DNA of 52,778 bases, filler included, from Sphacelaria rigidula (lineage: Eukaryota): assembly GCA_964200075.2 (NCBI GenBank). It is 4 parts of 4 records of this genome, joined end to end, with 100 filler letters (N's around TTAATTAATTAA, not from the genome) between each part and the next. Parts side by side here need not be neighbours in the genome. Positions count along the whole stretch, not along the records: positions 1 to 13,121 come from CAXNAA020003136.1; 3 more parts are not named here. One strand, written 5' to 3'. The position numbers and the translations under genes were made by a program. The notes beneath the pieces were generated by a model. That model was not told where the DNA came from, ran no database searches, and worked only from the letters and a program-made list of their open reading frames with translations. Of the stretch, positions 1 through 12,015 are shown piece after piece; position 1 is the stretch's first letter, and every line of letters begins with the position of its first letter.

Positions 1-224
1 GGGGGGGGAGAACTAAAAGAAAAAGTCGAGACAAGACTCGTACTCCCTCCACTATATACATATGAAAAGAGAAAGAAAAACCGGAGACAACAGGATGTAG
101 ACGGCACACTCTTAAGGTACTGTGCTGAAGGGTTGCAACTTCTACGTTTTGTCCCGTCTAGTGCCTTTTCCTTTTTTTCCTTTTTTTTGTTTTTATTATT
201 TTTCTTCTCCAACTGCGTCGCTTC

Positions 225-680
225 CTAGTTCGTTACTGGCGGTGTTGCCGTCTCGCTCGACTGCGTTAGCTGTTGGAGTTCTCTCCATGACAACTCTTCC
301 CAGTCCCCGTCGTCGTATCGCACTCTCCAGAAACGCTTGCCGTAGTCGAACACTTTACCTCTCTGCTTGGCCCCGCCGAAGGTCTTCCAGAACGTATAAC
401 CTATGGGGAACAAGTTCAGGGCGTCACTGCGTGACAGGGAGTCTAGCGGATGCTCGGGCGAGATGGCGTACTTGGTGTCTTAGGGGGGTGGTAAAGACAC
501 CACAGTACGTGGAAGCCATCCAGTTGCAGGGGTGTGAAGCTTTCCAGGACTTTGCTCTCCGGAAGCCAGTCTGACGTCGCCCCCTCCTGCGTCCTTCCTT
601 GATACTCCCAACCTGCACCTCTCCCCGATTTGCACTCGCGGCGGTTCACTAGGGTGAGGAGGTGGGGTGTGGGGTTTTCA
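225..680 (-). mobile_element. Decayed C-terminal coding remnant, probably of an LTR (Ty3/gypsy-like) retroelement: chromodomain-like segment followed by a Tudor-like domain, separated by a frameshift/stop
   Basis: ORF 443..649 gives GWEYQGRTQEGATSDWLPESKV (chromo-like WEY...xWLPE). In a shifted frame, DSLSRSDALNLFPIGYTFWKTFGGAKQRGKVFDYGKRFWRVRYDDGDWEELSWREL (Tudor-like GxV..Y....W.V.YDDGD.EEL) stops at 225. No RT or integrase core is recognisable, so the element class is inferred. Confidence 0.55.
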
Positions 681-2277
681 AGGTTGGCGTCGCCCCGAGG
701 TCTGGTGTTTAACCAAACTAGGCGGACCCGTCAGCGGTTGAATATCTCAGGTGGGGCAGGTAACGGTGTGTGGTTCGACCTATGGCGGACTATCTTGCGC
801 GTACGTATTTTGTGTCCTTGCATCACCACCTCCAGACCGCGTGCCGTCATTAGTCCTTGCCAACTTTCCATGTACCGTGTACTAGTGCTGCAATTTCCTG
901 CCGTGGCCATCCCGACATTGAGATCTCACCTTCCGGATCCACCACCAGTTTTACCTCGCATAGGTGCTATTCGCGCTGTTCTACGAGAGGGTCCAGTCCT
1001 GCACTCGGTTCTGCTTTGTGAAGGTCAGCTTAGATATATGTGTGTTTTTGCGTCGACACGGCAACTCGGGGAAGGGAGCAGCGTGTCAAGCACTGTGCGT
1101 TTGGTTCGAGGGGCCAATGAGACGTGTTCCCACCTGACTTGCAAAGCTCTGACAACATATCCAGCCATATATTCTGTCACAGAGATCTAACGCCGAATCT
1201 GGAATAACCTGAGACAACGACCGATTTGAAAATTGGAATAATAGCGTGCGGGGGCAAAATTCAGTCTTAATTCGTTGCGAATAGGTCATCTACGAAGGGG
1301 CCGGTATCAAGAACGACTTTCAGAGTGATGCCGCGATAGCCCCTACCCAGACCAGCTCCACAACCGCCACGATGAAAATGGCCACACAGTACATGATAGC
1401 TAGTTTCAGACAGCATGGAATGCTTTATATAAGCGACATTAAATAATGTTTCCATGAGATTGAGAGTAGAGGATACGATCGAGAGTGAGAAGCGGCCAAT
1501 CAATGAATGAATCGTTGCAGTGTCGAATGCCCCTCCACGAGGACCGATGTGCTTTCTAGAGTAGCTTGCCACTGAAGCCCTTGATATCTCTGAGTAGGAT
1601 ATCGACGTGTAGCTGTAGGCACACGCCAGTGATCCAGGCAAAAATAAGCTGACAAGAACTGAAAAATTGGCCAAGTTGAAGTGAATGATAGAATCCACGC
1701 TCAATCAGCGCTCTACCCTCAAAATCATGAAAACGTTTGGCGGTAATAATCCCAACGTGGAAGTCGCTAGGTGCTCAGTGCGCTCAGCTTGATTCGAATG
1801 CAATTTTTGCCTCTTCAAACCAACCACCCATTTTTCTGGGAGGGGTTATCCCGTCATTCACTCTCGAAGTATATGGTTCCAGCGAAGCAATGTCACCCCA
1901 CCAACAACATGCATATATATGAGTCGGCGGACCCCACCTTCCCAATTTTTCCTCCGAACAAGGCGTCACCATACAAGCCGTCAACAACGAAACGAACGAA
2001 CATGAGTATTGTACGAAATCTGGACCCGTGCGAAATACAGAGATACGTCGAATCAGCGCCATGCTCTGTGTCAGCCGGTTGAAGGCGCGTGTACGGAAAT
2101 CCTTGTTAAGCTATCTCTCTCGCGGGCATGATAAACGCACGACCACGTAACTGGCGATCCTGGAAAATGGGAACGGGATTCTTGTATGGGAACTAAATAG
2201 GTCGACATTGAAAGTGACAATGAACCTCGTACCTGTTAAACGTTGCCTTGAACTTTTGATGGATACAAGGTTCAATA

Positions 2278-4802
2278 TCATACACGATTTTGATCTTTGC
2301 TCGTTTTCATAGTACAATGTTTTCCCCATTTTTCAGGATCGCCGGTTACGTAACAAGAGGGAGCAGACACACCCAATTCTATCTTCACGTTGGCGTCCTC
2401 CCCTCTGGGCATCACTCCATCCGCGGTAGCCACATCGAATATCGATCCCACCGACGGCGCCCTACGTGAGCGCTTTGAGTTTCGCCTCCCACTGGTGGTG
2501 TTGCTACGAGAGCTCTTGTCTCTGGTGCTGCTGGAGATGTCATTTCCTATGCTGCCGCAATCGCTGGACCGCGCACCAACGAGGTCAAAGCTTGTTTCCG
2601 TCCATCCAGCAGTACAAGCAGGCGGACACATCATCTCCGTTTCCACCTTCATACAAGTCTTTCCCCCGTTAACAAAACTCTGATCTGCCACCGCTGCGCT
2701 GGCGAGCTGTCCCGAGATAGCAAGCGACGTGGTCTCAGAACTCGCACCACCTGCCCGAGCACGACGGGCACGCGAGCTCCTGTGAGAACCAACGTTGCCA
2801 CTACCATCGCTTGTGCCGGGACCGGTACCCGATGGATATTCAGGTTTTCGACAACGATCATCGATGCTGCCACTATTTCCCCCGGCCGAGTCGTCGTCCA
2901 GGCGGTCCCCTTCTTGGATATGCTCTGCTGCATCATATGCCATCACCAGGTCATGTGCAGCATGTTGGCAGCAGAAATTCCCGTGCCCCTGTACTCGGTT
3001 GGAACAGCGCTGGAAGGCGCATTTCTCGCTTCCCATAGAGATCATCTCTGCCCGGGCGCGCGCGGTACAGGAACCCATCTTCCAGCTACCGGCTGCACCG
3101 AAACATGGGTGTGTGGAGCAGCCCTCCGCGCCGCAGCGGGTGCTTCTCATGTTGACCATACTTTCACAGGTGTGAGTGGTGCAGAATTTCGCCTCCTTGC
3201 TACTGGCTGCGCCGAAGGATACTTGTTTGGAGCATCCCTCCTCGCCGGACACCTTGCTTCTTACATTGACCATACCCCCACTTGGGTGAGTGGCGCAGAA
3301 ATCCGTCTTCCTGTCACCGACTACACCGAGCGACGGCCTTGTGGAACAGCCCTCCTCCCCGCATACCTTGCTTCTCACACTGACTATACCTACTCGGGTG
3401 TGAGTGGCGCAGAATTTTGCCTTCCTGCTTCCGATTGCACCGAGACATAGATGCTTGGAGCAGCCTTCCTCGCCGCACATCTCGATTTTCACATTGACCA
3501 TGCTGGCACGTGCGTGTGTGGCGCAGAACTCCGTCTCCCTACTACCGGCTACACCGAACGACGACGTTTTGGAGCAACCCTCCTCGCTGCACACCTTCTC
3601 TCTCACATGGACAACACCCGCTCGGGCGTGAGTGGTGCAGAACTCCGCTTCCCTGCTACCGGCTACACCGAATGACGACCTTGTGGAGCAACCCTCCTCG
3701 CCGCACACCCCGCTCCTCACATTGAGCATGCCTGTTGGGGCGTGTGTGCTGCAGAACTCCGCCCTCCTGCTACTGGCCGCACTGAGCGATGAGCGTCTAG
3801 AACAACCCTCCTCGCTGCACACCTCGCTTCTCACATTGACCATGCCGGCACGTGCGTGCGTGGCGCAGAACTCCGTCTCCCCGCTACCAGCTGCACCGAA
3901 CGATGATTTTCTAAAGCAGCCATCCTCGCCGCATAGCTTGTCTCTCACATTGACCATGCCGGCACGTGCGTGTGTGGCGCAGAACTCCGCCTTCCTATTC
4001 TCAACTGCACCGAACGATGCTTCTGTGGAGCAGCCCTCCTCGCTGCACACGTTGCTCCACACATTGACCATACCCGTTCGGGCGTGAGTGGCGCAGAACT
4101 CCGCCTTCCTGCTACCGGCCACACCTAGCGATGCTTGTATGGAACAGCCCTCCTCGTCGCATAACTTGTTTCTCACATTTACCATGCCCGTTGGGGCGTG
4201 TGTGCTGCAGAACTCCGCCTTCCTGCTGCCGGCTACACCGAACGATGGGCGTCTAGAACAGCCCTCCTCGCTGCACACCTCGCTTCTCACATTGACCATG
4301 CCGGCACGTGCGTGCGTGGCGCAGAACTCCCCCTTCTTGCCACCGGCCACACCGAACGCCACTTTTTTGGAGCAGCCACCCTCGCCGCATAGCTTGCCCT
4401 TCACGTTGACCATGCCGGCACGTGCGTGTGTGGCGCAGAACTCCGCCTTCCTACTCCCACCTGCACCGAACGATGCTTCTGTGGAGCAGCCCTCCTCGCT
4501 GCACACGTTGCTCCGCACATTGACCATACCGGCACGGGCGTGCGTGGCGCAGCACTCCGCCTTCCCACTACCGGCCACACCGAACGATGCTTGTAGGGAA
4601 CAGCCCTCCTCGTCGCATACCTTGTTTCTCACATTTACCAAGCCCCTTGGGGCGTGTGTGCCGCAGAACTCCGCCTTCCTGCCACCGGCTACGCCGAACG
4701 ATGGGTGTTTGAAACAGCCCTTCTCTCTGCACACGTTGCTCCTCCAATTCATCATGCCGGCACGCGCGTGCGTGGCGCAGAACTTTGTCTCCCTGCTACC
4801 AG
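2278..4802 (-). CDS. EsV-1-7 (Cys/His-rich zinc-finger-like) repeat protein; large exon with 15 tandem 38-aa repeats and a disordered tail; 5' exon(s) not resolved
   Basis: ORF 2278..4755 (825 aa) carries the repeated motif CxExGCSxxxSFGxAGxRKAEFCATHARAGMVNV at a 114-bp period, followed by a short CxxxxC..FCxxH finger. The frame continues upstream of the Met as a half repeat (AGSRETKFCATHARAG) that begins at a pyrimidine-rich ...gatgcAG acceptor (exon start 4802), with an in-frame stop about 40 nt further upstream. Confidence 0.9.
3022..4731 (-). repeat. Coding tandem array, 15 x 114 bp (EsV-1-7 units)
   Basis: Recurring plus-strand strings such as gcagaactccgccttcct, cagccctcctcg and cacattgaccat at 114-bp spacing. 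Confidence 0.95.
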
Positions 4803-6474
4803 CTGCATCAATGACCGAGTAGGAGAAATCGGGACAATGAAGCTATGAGTTAATCTCTTACCAGAAACGATTACTTTGCCACTGCTGCCGGAATGTACAG
4901 AGCAGCGCTCGTATCTACAACGACACAATGGCGGCGATATGCATTGATGGTAGAAGGTTACTGCTCTGAGAGAAAGCGGCACTAAGCATATCTCCCGAGA
5001 TCCTAACGCCTTTCCTTGTACCCGTCTAGCGCAACGCTATCGCTTTCAAGATGCTCCTCTAGCGCGCAGGGGCATTTGCAATGGTCTAAGGCGGCTGTAC
5101 TGTTTAAATGTGCCATACTAGCGTCGCAAGGGTATCGAGGTGAAGTTGGGGAGGTGTACTCGATCATTGTTGTACGGTTGGACACGACACTCTTATTTTT
5201 CCCCTGATGTCACGAAGTCTTGGTACTTCAAGTGTAGTTGGATACAGGGCAGTTCGACTGCAGTAAAACGCTTTCTTTGAGGCGTTTGCTTCACTCCTCA
5301 CCTTGGCATCGTTTCGCTTTTCTTGCTTCGATTGGTCTCTAGCCATGGCTGACCGTCACGGGCACGTGCTACGCGTCCGCTAGATTTGCTAGTTGGAACA
5401 TCGAAATTTACTATCGCACGCACTTCCTTCGCAAGCTTGCGTGCAATAAACAAACGCTGGCTGGTACCTTTTCCCTGCTTCGCTGGCCTGCTTGCTTTGC
5501 CATGGTTCGGGTTTGGCACGACTATCTTTTGGATTACCCTGCTTTTTGCAATCCTCAACGCTAACTCCCTTGTGCCACCCGCCCTCTTTTCCGCTACCAC
5601 GCAGCAAAAATAAGAAGGATAGCCTCATTCATGTCGACAGTTTGGACTGCACCGTCCGATCAGTCAAGAAGACCAAGGCCGGCGAGTTCCCCCGTTGCAA
5701 GGGCACCACGCTCCCGAGTGTCAATATCGAGTTTATCATATCAGGCGCCTTTGGATCTTCATCCGGAATTTGCTTGATTTAGGGTCAAATCGATCCCCGG
5801 TATGCGGGAGGCACCTTTGCGGAACGCACCGTACGCAACGCGCCTTTGCTTAACGATGCGCCTGGGCCCCGATAACAACAAACACGACGCTTACTTAGTC
5901 TGCGTATCCATATATCCCTGGCTCTGCTCTAGGGTTCACGGTCTGCCTTCTTGGAGGTTAGGGATAGGGATAGAGTTAGCGTTAGGGTGTGGTTGGATTA
6001 CCCCGTATGAAGACCCAAGAGGCGGCTGAGATGACAAAAAACTCTATATGTTGTATGTGCACTTGCACATATATGTCTCATGTGTACATCCTGTATCACA
6101 CGCCGTCCGTATTGGCATCGGCTATGTCCGCTAGCAATCATCTCCCACACACCGTTTCGGTCGTTAGTAGGCAACGGTTACTCAAGGTTAAAGTGCATAA
6201 GAAAACGAGAAAATAGTACCGACGCAACACTGTTCACCCACTTATGTTGCGCAGCACGTGAATGATGACGTTGCAGAGGGAGATTCGCCTGAATATACCA
6301 AGATTGAAATCTCATCGACAACAATTTTGAGTCGAAAGATTTCGATGAAATCACTTGAACTGTAGGAAGGCCTGAAGCTCAGCGACAAAGACTAAAATGT
6401 TTTTTTTTTAATTTAGTAGTCAGCATCATGAGTTTTCAGAATTCGTAGTTGTTGTACTATTCTTCATTAGTACT

Positions 6475-6965
6475 TAAAAGTGCTAGTGCCGGTAGCCTTA
6501 GGGGGAAAGCGTAGGCCGCGCTCAAACTGCAGTGCCTAAGTTGGTGTTTTGGGGCAATACGGACTAGATACCCCGTTCATCAGGGGGTTGTTATTGGCCG
6601 TTTTTGGTCCATTACAAATAACTAGCTTTCCGGCTCTTCCGCAGCGAAACGGTAAATATTCAGATGGATCAATACTTTTAAAATTCTTCACAGTAACGAT
6701 CGAGATCGTGTTGCCCTTTTATACTGCACAGATCTCAGTCTAGCATTTTCTGCGGATTGCCTCTTTTCGTTTTTTTTCGCATGACATTTTCCATGAGCAC
6801 TCGAAAGTGCTAGCGTCGATAGTTTTGGCAAAATAAGCAGACCGCGCTCAAATCGCGATGCCCAAGTTGGTGTTGTGGGGGCGATACGGACCAGATACCC
6901 CGTTTATCAGGAGGGTGTTATTGACCGTGAATGGTCCAACAAACATAGTTTTCCGGCTTCAGCGT
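6475..6965. repeat. Two diverged direct copies (~6475-6640 and ~6803-6965) of a dispersed repeat; third copy at ~12130-12260
   Basis: Shared aaagtgctag...ccgcgctcaaa...aagttggtgtt...atacggac.agataccccgtt.atcagg...ttattg.ccgt. Confidence 0.7.
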
Positions 6966-7714
6966 AGTGAATGAGTGAAATTAAAAAATAAACATTTTTG
7001 AGTCTCCACTTATATGATCGGGATCGAGTCGGTCCACCGAAAACACAGAAAAGGTAGAGCCTGGGGTTGCACTTCCGCAGGACCCACGAAGATCGGTCAA
7101 GCCCGTAGGTCACTCATATTGATCGCAGATATATATATATATTTTCAAATTTTTTCAACAGGTTTGAATTATCTCCAGATGCCCATTTTTTGGCATATCC
7201 GACAGTCACTGTGATGAGCGGTGGCAAGCGAAACAAATTTGGAAAATCTTTGGGAAACGAAGAAGTTACGAATTCTGCATACTTCTGACGCTGACTACTG
7301 TATATTTTTTGCAGTCAGCGAACTTCAATTTTTTGCTTGCGTGCCACCGCTCACCCCCGTGAACGTTCGATCCCAAAATTCTGGGATCAGGACACACTAG
7401 GCACCCGCTCCACATTCTGAAACAAAAGTCATACCCGCGCTCAATATCGAACAACTTACGGACTACAAAAACAGGGGGTGTCATCGACTGTTTATGGTCC
7501 GTAACATATTTCTTTCGGCCCTAGCGCAATGAATATTTCATGATAGAAGGAAAGCGTCTATGAAATAGATTTCTCTGCGTGGCATAGCGCTTCCAATTTC
7601 TTTTTTTTTTCTTTTTTCGTTTTCGTTTACCTTTGTTATGATGTGAAAGGAACATAATGAGCAATCATGCGCCGTTCTAATCTAGCAAGCTAGGGTGAGA
7701 AACAAGTGATACCG

Positions 7715-8520
7715 ATACACTCACACATTCCGCAGCCACCGTTCAAGTCATTGTAGGGTGCAATCGGCCTGGTAGCGCAGGAGAAAGACGCCTGCTACAC
7801 AGAGGGCCAAAAATATTCATCTATCTGCACTGGACTGAACTTGAACACAGCTTTTGTAAAAAAACGCGACCTAGGCAAGTTGGACATAAGCTATGTTGTC
7901 TGGAGGAATGGGAGCACGTAGTCATGTGCTGCTGCACAGTACCAAAAAATGCAGCCAACCGACTGGAGGTAGACATGAGCTATGTCCATGTCGCGAGCAC
8001 CTCCAGGGGTTGGAAAAACTTGTCCGCTCTCGTCACATGTGCCTTGCATCGACACCACAGCAGCTGCAATACACTTACACATTTCGTACCCATCGTTCAA
8101 GCCATCGCACGGTGCAAACGGCCTCGTAGCGGTCGAGAAACGCGCCTGCTGCACAGTACGAAAGAATACCGCCAACCGACTGGAGGTGGACATGAGCTAT
8201 GTCCAAGTCGCAAGTTGGACATAGCTTATGTCCACCTCCAGGGATTGGAATGCCTGTCCGCGCTCATCCCATGTGCCTTGCATCGACACCACAGCAGCTG
8301 CGATACACTCACACATTCCGTAGCCACCGTTCAAGCCATCGTGGGGTGCAAACGGCCTGATAGCGCAGGAGAAACGCGCCTGCTACTCACAGGGCCAAAA
8401 AATACATTCATCTGCACCGGACTGGACTTGGACATAGCTCTTGTCAAAAGCGCGACTTCAGCAAGTTGGACATAAGCTCTGTTGTCTGCAGGCATGGGAG
8501 CACGTAGTCATGTGCTTGCG
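7715..8520. repeat. Complex local tandem duplication (~590-bp period with internal partial copies)
   Basis: acactcacacattccg.agccaccgttcaag...gcaagttggacataagct...atgggagcacgtagtcatgtgct occurs at ~7718-7930 and ~8305-8517. Partial units (ccaaccgactggaggt.gacatgagctatgtcc; atgtgccttgcatcgacaccacagcagctgc) recur at ~7955-8070 and ~8172-8300. Confidence 0.8.
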
Positions 8521-8862
8521 ATTGATAGCGGTCGCGTTGCAGACAAGAACGCCAACAGGTGATTGCCGCTGGTACGTTTTACCCGCAGTGTTCCGCGATG
8601 CACTGAGGGTTTGGACAGCATGAATAGCATGTATCCATTGTACAGACAGTTATGGGTGCGCCTGATCCCCCAAAATGAGCCCAAAAAGACCAAAAGCACG
8701 AACAGACCGGAGATGACGTTCATCCTCTGAATATACACGCCGCAAAATCCTTCAAAGTACTTGTGATTCGAGTAGGGTTTCCATTCCACGCTTTATAAGT
8801 TTTCTTGTTCCGGAGGACGAACCACGGCGTGTCTCGGCTACTCCTCGGCGTGTATTTGTCCT

Positions 8863-9006
8863 AGCTACAATTGTACCCGTCCGTTTTATCTAAGATGTTA
8901 CGGTGATCGAGAAAATCGCAAAAAAAAAAATGTTTTTTTCACATAATTCGTCATAAAACTCGCATCCTGATGAAATAAAAAAAAATCAACCGGTATAATT
9001 GTAGCT
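8863..9006. mobile_element. Small MITE-like element with 15-bp terminal inverted repeats
   Basis: agctacaattgtacc (8863) versus ggtataattgtagct (ending 9006), 14/15 match; A/T-rich interior. Confidence 0.5.
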
Positions 9007-10799
9007 GTCGTCTTGGCGCAGATGATGCAAGAAGTCGCATCCCAATCGACGGCCGTGGCGATGCGTCATCTCCTAGACAGATTGGGCTGTGATAGTAAAC
9101 ACGCACCCCCAACCCTCGCCGGTCTCAACAAAACGCGAAACCCTCACCCCTTTGTAACGGCCTCGGAATAGATGACACCCATGAATGGCTCGTGATAGTG
9201 CAGCTTGTTGATACCTCGGATATGTGGAATGTTGCAGGATTTGAACCTTCGACCGAGTCTCCAGAAGCAAGAATCATCTTCGCGACCTCGCAGCAGCGGA
9301 AAGAACAAATTATAACACTGGCCCTAATGAAGGCATACTGAGAACCATCGGGCAAGGCGGGTGCAACGTGTTTCGTAGGCGAAGGGTGCGTTGCCAGACC
9401 TCGAATCGGCGCCGTAGGCGCCGATTTAGACAAGGACGCGTTCGAGGACGCTAGTAGAATGCTGGGAGCTCAGCCCCCATGAAAGATCCGGATTTCGATT
9501 TTCACACCAAGATCAAGATTGACCGACTCACGCTTCCGAATGGGAAAGCATACTGCGCCAAGACGACACAAAGTCGTCGGCCCACTTTCGCTGAAGCCAC
9601 ATGGCACCGAAGCCCCAATCATGTCTTTCAGTGGACCCACCCATCCTAAGACATGCATCTGTTGTATCGGCAATGGTGGGTGACGGACGACCGTTTGTTT
9701 TCTTTCTCTCTTGCAAAACAACATCTTTGGAGTCAGATGAACCCCCCTAGACCGCGAGGGTAGTCCATCTGGACCATACATATTTTTTCCAAGTGAAAAA
9801 TGATGCCGATTCAGAATGTGACCAAACCGTCGCGGTCAAAGAGCTAATTAATATCATATTCATCAAATGAAAAGCCATGCCTACGGAACAATAAATACAC
9901 TTCGAGACGCGAGTCATTCGTCCGACAAAAGTTGTGGAATCATCGCAGGCGATAAATCAAGCTCCTCAAACCATGACGAGGTGGTGGACCAACACCCGCC
10001 CAGCCCACATTACACACCTGGTGACTATTTGTACTCCACTCGTCTGTGTAGGGCCGTCCTCGTTGAAGTTCACCAGTACATCTGACTTTGTCGCATGTTG
10101 AGCACATCATGTCGACCCAACTTCGATCCGCCCAAAAATGGTTCAGCTTCCTGGTTTCACTTACCGGCGTTGGGCTACAAATGTTCATGATTGATATTAC
10201 TTGATTTGAGTGCGTACAACGAGAATCGGAATTCTAGCAGGGCTGACGGTCCCGTGTGCTCCTCGGGTACGCACAACGCGTTTTCGTTGAAATCTGCGCC
10301 ACAGAAGCCGATCTGAGGTCTACCAAGGCCTCACTTTCTTCAGAGAATGTATGTACCGCCCTTGCCCGAGTGTTCTCGGCGTGCGTTGGTTTGGTTCAAC
10401 CCAATCAGTCTCCTTGCATGCCAGGGTATCGCAAGCGTGGACGAAAGGTGACGCAGTGACATGTAATATATGAGGAACAACGGAAATAACGATAGGGTTC
10501 TGGTTTAGACGGCAGTTCACTTTTTTTCAATATGAATTCTGGATCTATGCCGTTCTCTTCCGATGACATGAGGCGCATTTTACTCCACGAGCCTGGAAAA
10601 GCCCCAGAAGTCGGTCTGTTCGTGTCTGTTCGTGCTTTTGGTCGGTGACACTTTTTTTGGCCATTCTGGGGAGTCAGGCGCGCCCATAACAGTGTTCAAT
10701 AAACTAGAAATGTGCTGCGATTAGCACGTCTCATGTGCCGTGCATCGACATCCGACAAGAAAAAGCAATAGCAGCAGTATCAGCAGCATATAACATAAC

Positions 10800-10855
10800 G
10801 TGCCAGGTGCATGAGTATTGTCGCACGACGGAACGCGGACCGCCTTCCGCACGAG

Positions 10856-10890
<35 letters not shown>

Positions 10891-12015
10891 TTAACAGCAT
10901 ATTTATTGCCAGTAAATGTATGCGGTTAGGGGTTTGTCTGAATCAGCCGGTGCCGATGCTGCTGGTGCTGCTCTTGATCGTAGACGGTCCGCGTTTCGAC
11001 CGTGCGACAACACCCACGCATCTCGCGAGTGATAGCCACCGTGTTGGACAGCGCTGGGTACGTACTACCCGCCGATGGGTCCATGCTTGCTTACTCGGCG
11101 AAGTTCTTGGAGATGTAGCTGTGTGCATCTCTCTGTGGGAGCTCTGCACGTCGAGTGTACTTCCCACGCGTGGCTACTGCTAGTGATGGCATTGTTTGGT
11201 TTCTGTAAAAAACAATAGGGACATGCACGAGTATCCTTCATCCCCGAGTGGCGGAGGGCGAGTTCGTAAATTACATTATGCTGATTTGTGAAAACCGTTC
11301 CAGCGGAGAAGTCGCCCGGCGTGACCCGCCATCGGACTGCGGACTTTCTCTTTCACCTGATAAATACCCCTCTGTGAACAGCCACTGGAAATGATACCAG
11401 CAGCGAAACAGATTTGAACCACGAGCAGTATTGTACCGCCTCTACTGTCCATGAGCGCGTATGCAATTCGATCGCCCACCCCAACACGCAGCTCAGTCGG
11501 TGGACCCTGCCACAAACTGGATGCCCAAGTTTTCGCCAGCAGGAAGAAACGCCAAAAGTGTGGTGGTGTCGGTTCAGGCACACGTTTCACTGCAGTAACG
11601 TTGATGTGTGGCGGCCACGACTGCTGCAGTTCGTGTTCTTGTGTTGTTATGTTCGCAATAACGGTAAACGTGGGGTGACACCTCGAGGGCGTGTGCTTCC
11701 GTAGTAGTACAGCAGCAGCTGGGCACTATTACTTTTGCAACAAGAGAAAGCAGCTGATGCATACTGTATACAGTACGTGTTCAGGTTTTAAAAAACACTG
11801 CAGAATTGCTGTGTTGTGTTCAGTGTAGTACTCTGTACTACATATAATGGGGTCACGTTTTGGGCAGCTTTTCGAAAAAGTCTGCTGGTTTTTTTTTAAG
11901 TTCTGATTGGTTCTGAAAATATATTCTGAAAAAAAAAAGACAGTTTTCTGTCACAGAAATCCAATGCCGAACCTAAAATGGCCTGAGACAACAACCAATT
12001 TGAAAATTGAAATTT
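10800..12015 (+). repeat. Copy 1 of a ~1.2-kb non-coding interspersed element, including a (GCA)n tract
   Basis: Colinear similarity with 14270-15510: aacgcgg.ccg..ttccgcacgag, att(t)a.tgccagta.atgt, atca.ccggtgccgat, gtagtagtacagcag, agctgatgcatactgtatacagt, ataatggggtcacgttttgggcag, tcacagaaa.caatgccgaa. Confidence 0.75.

Noticed and set aside
3022-4731. Regular 114-bp array as a CRISPR-like or non-coding repeat-spacer system
   Set aside because: The period is a multiple of 3, the frame is open throughout, and there are no unique spacers. It is a protein repeat.
2278-4802. EsV-1-7 gene as evidence of an endogenous phaeovirus
   Set aside because: No viral core genes or gene-dense intronless context are present, and the family is common in brown algal host genomes.
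3404-4848. Plus-strand ORFs with repeated QNSAFLLPATP
   Set aside because: They are antisense shadows of the EsV-1-7 array and are broken by stops.
9225-9300. Possible tRNA on the minus strand (GGTTCAAATCC B-box)
   Set aside because: No convincing A-box or cloverleaf stems; at most a degraded SINE head.
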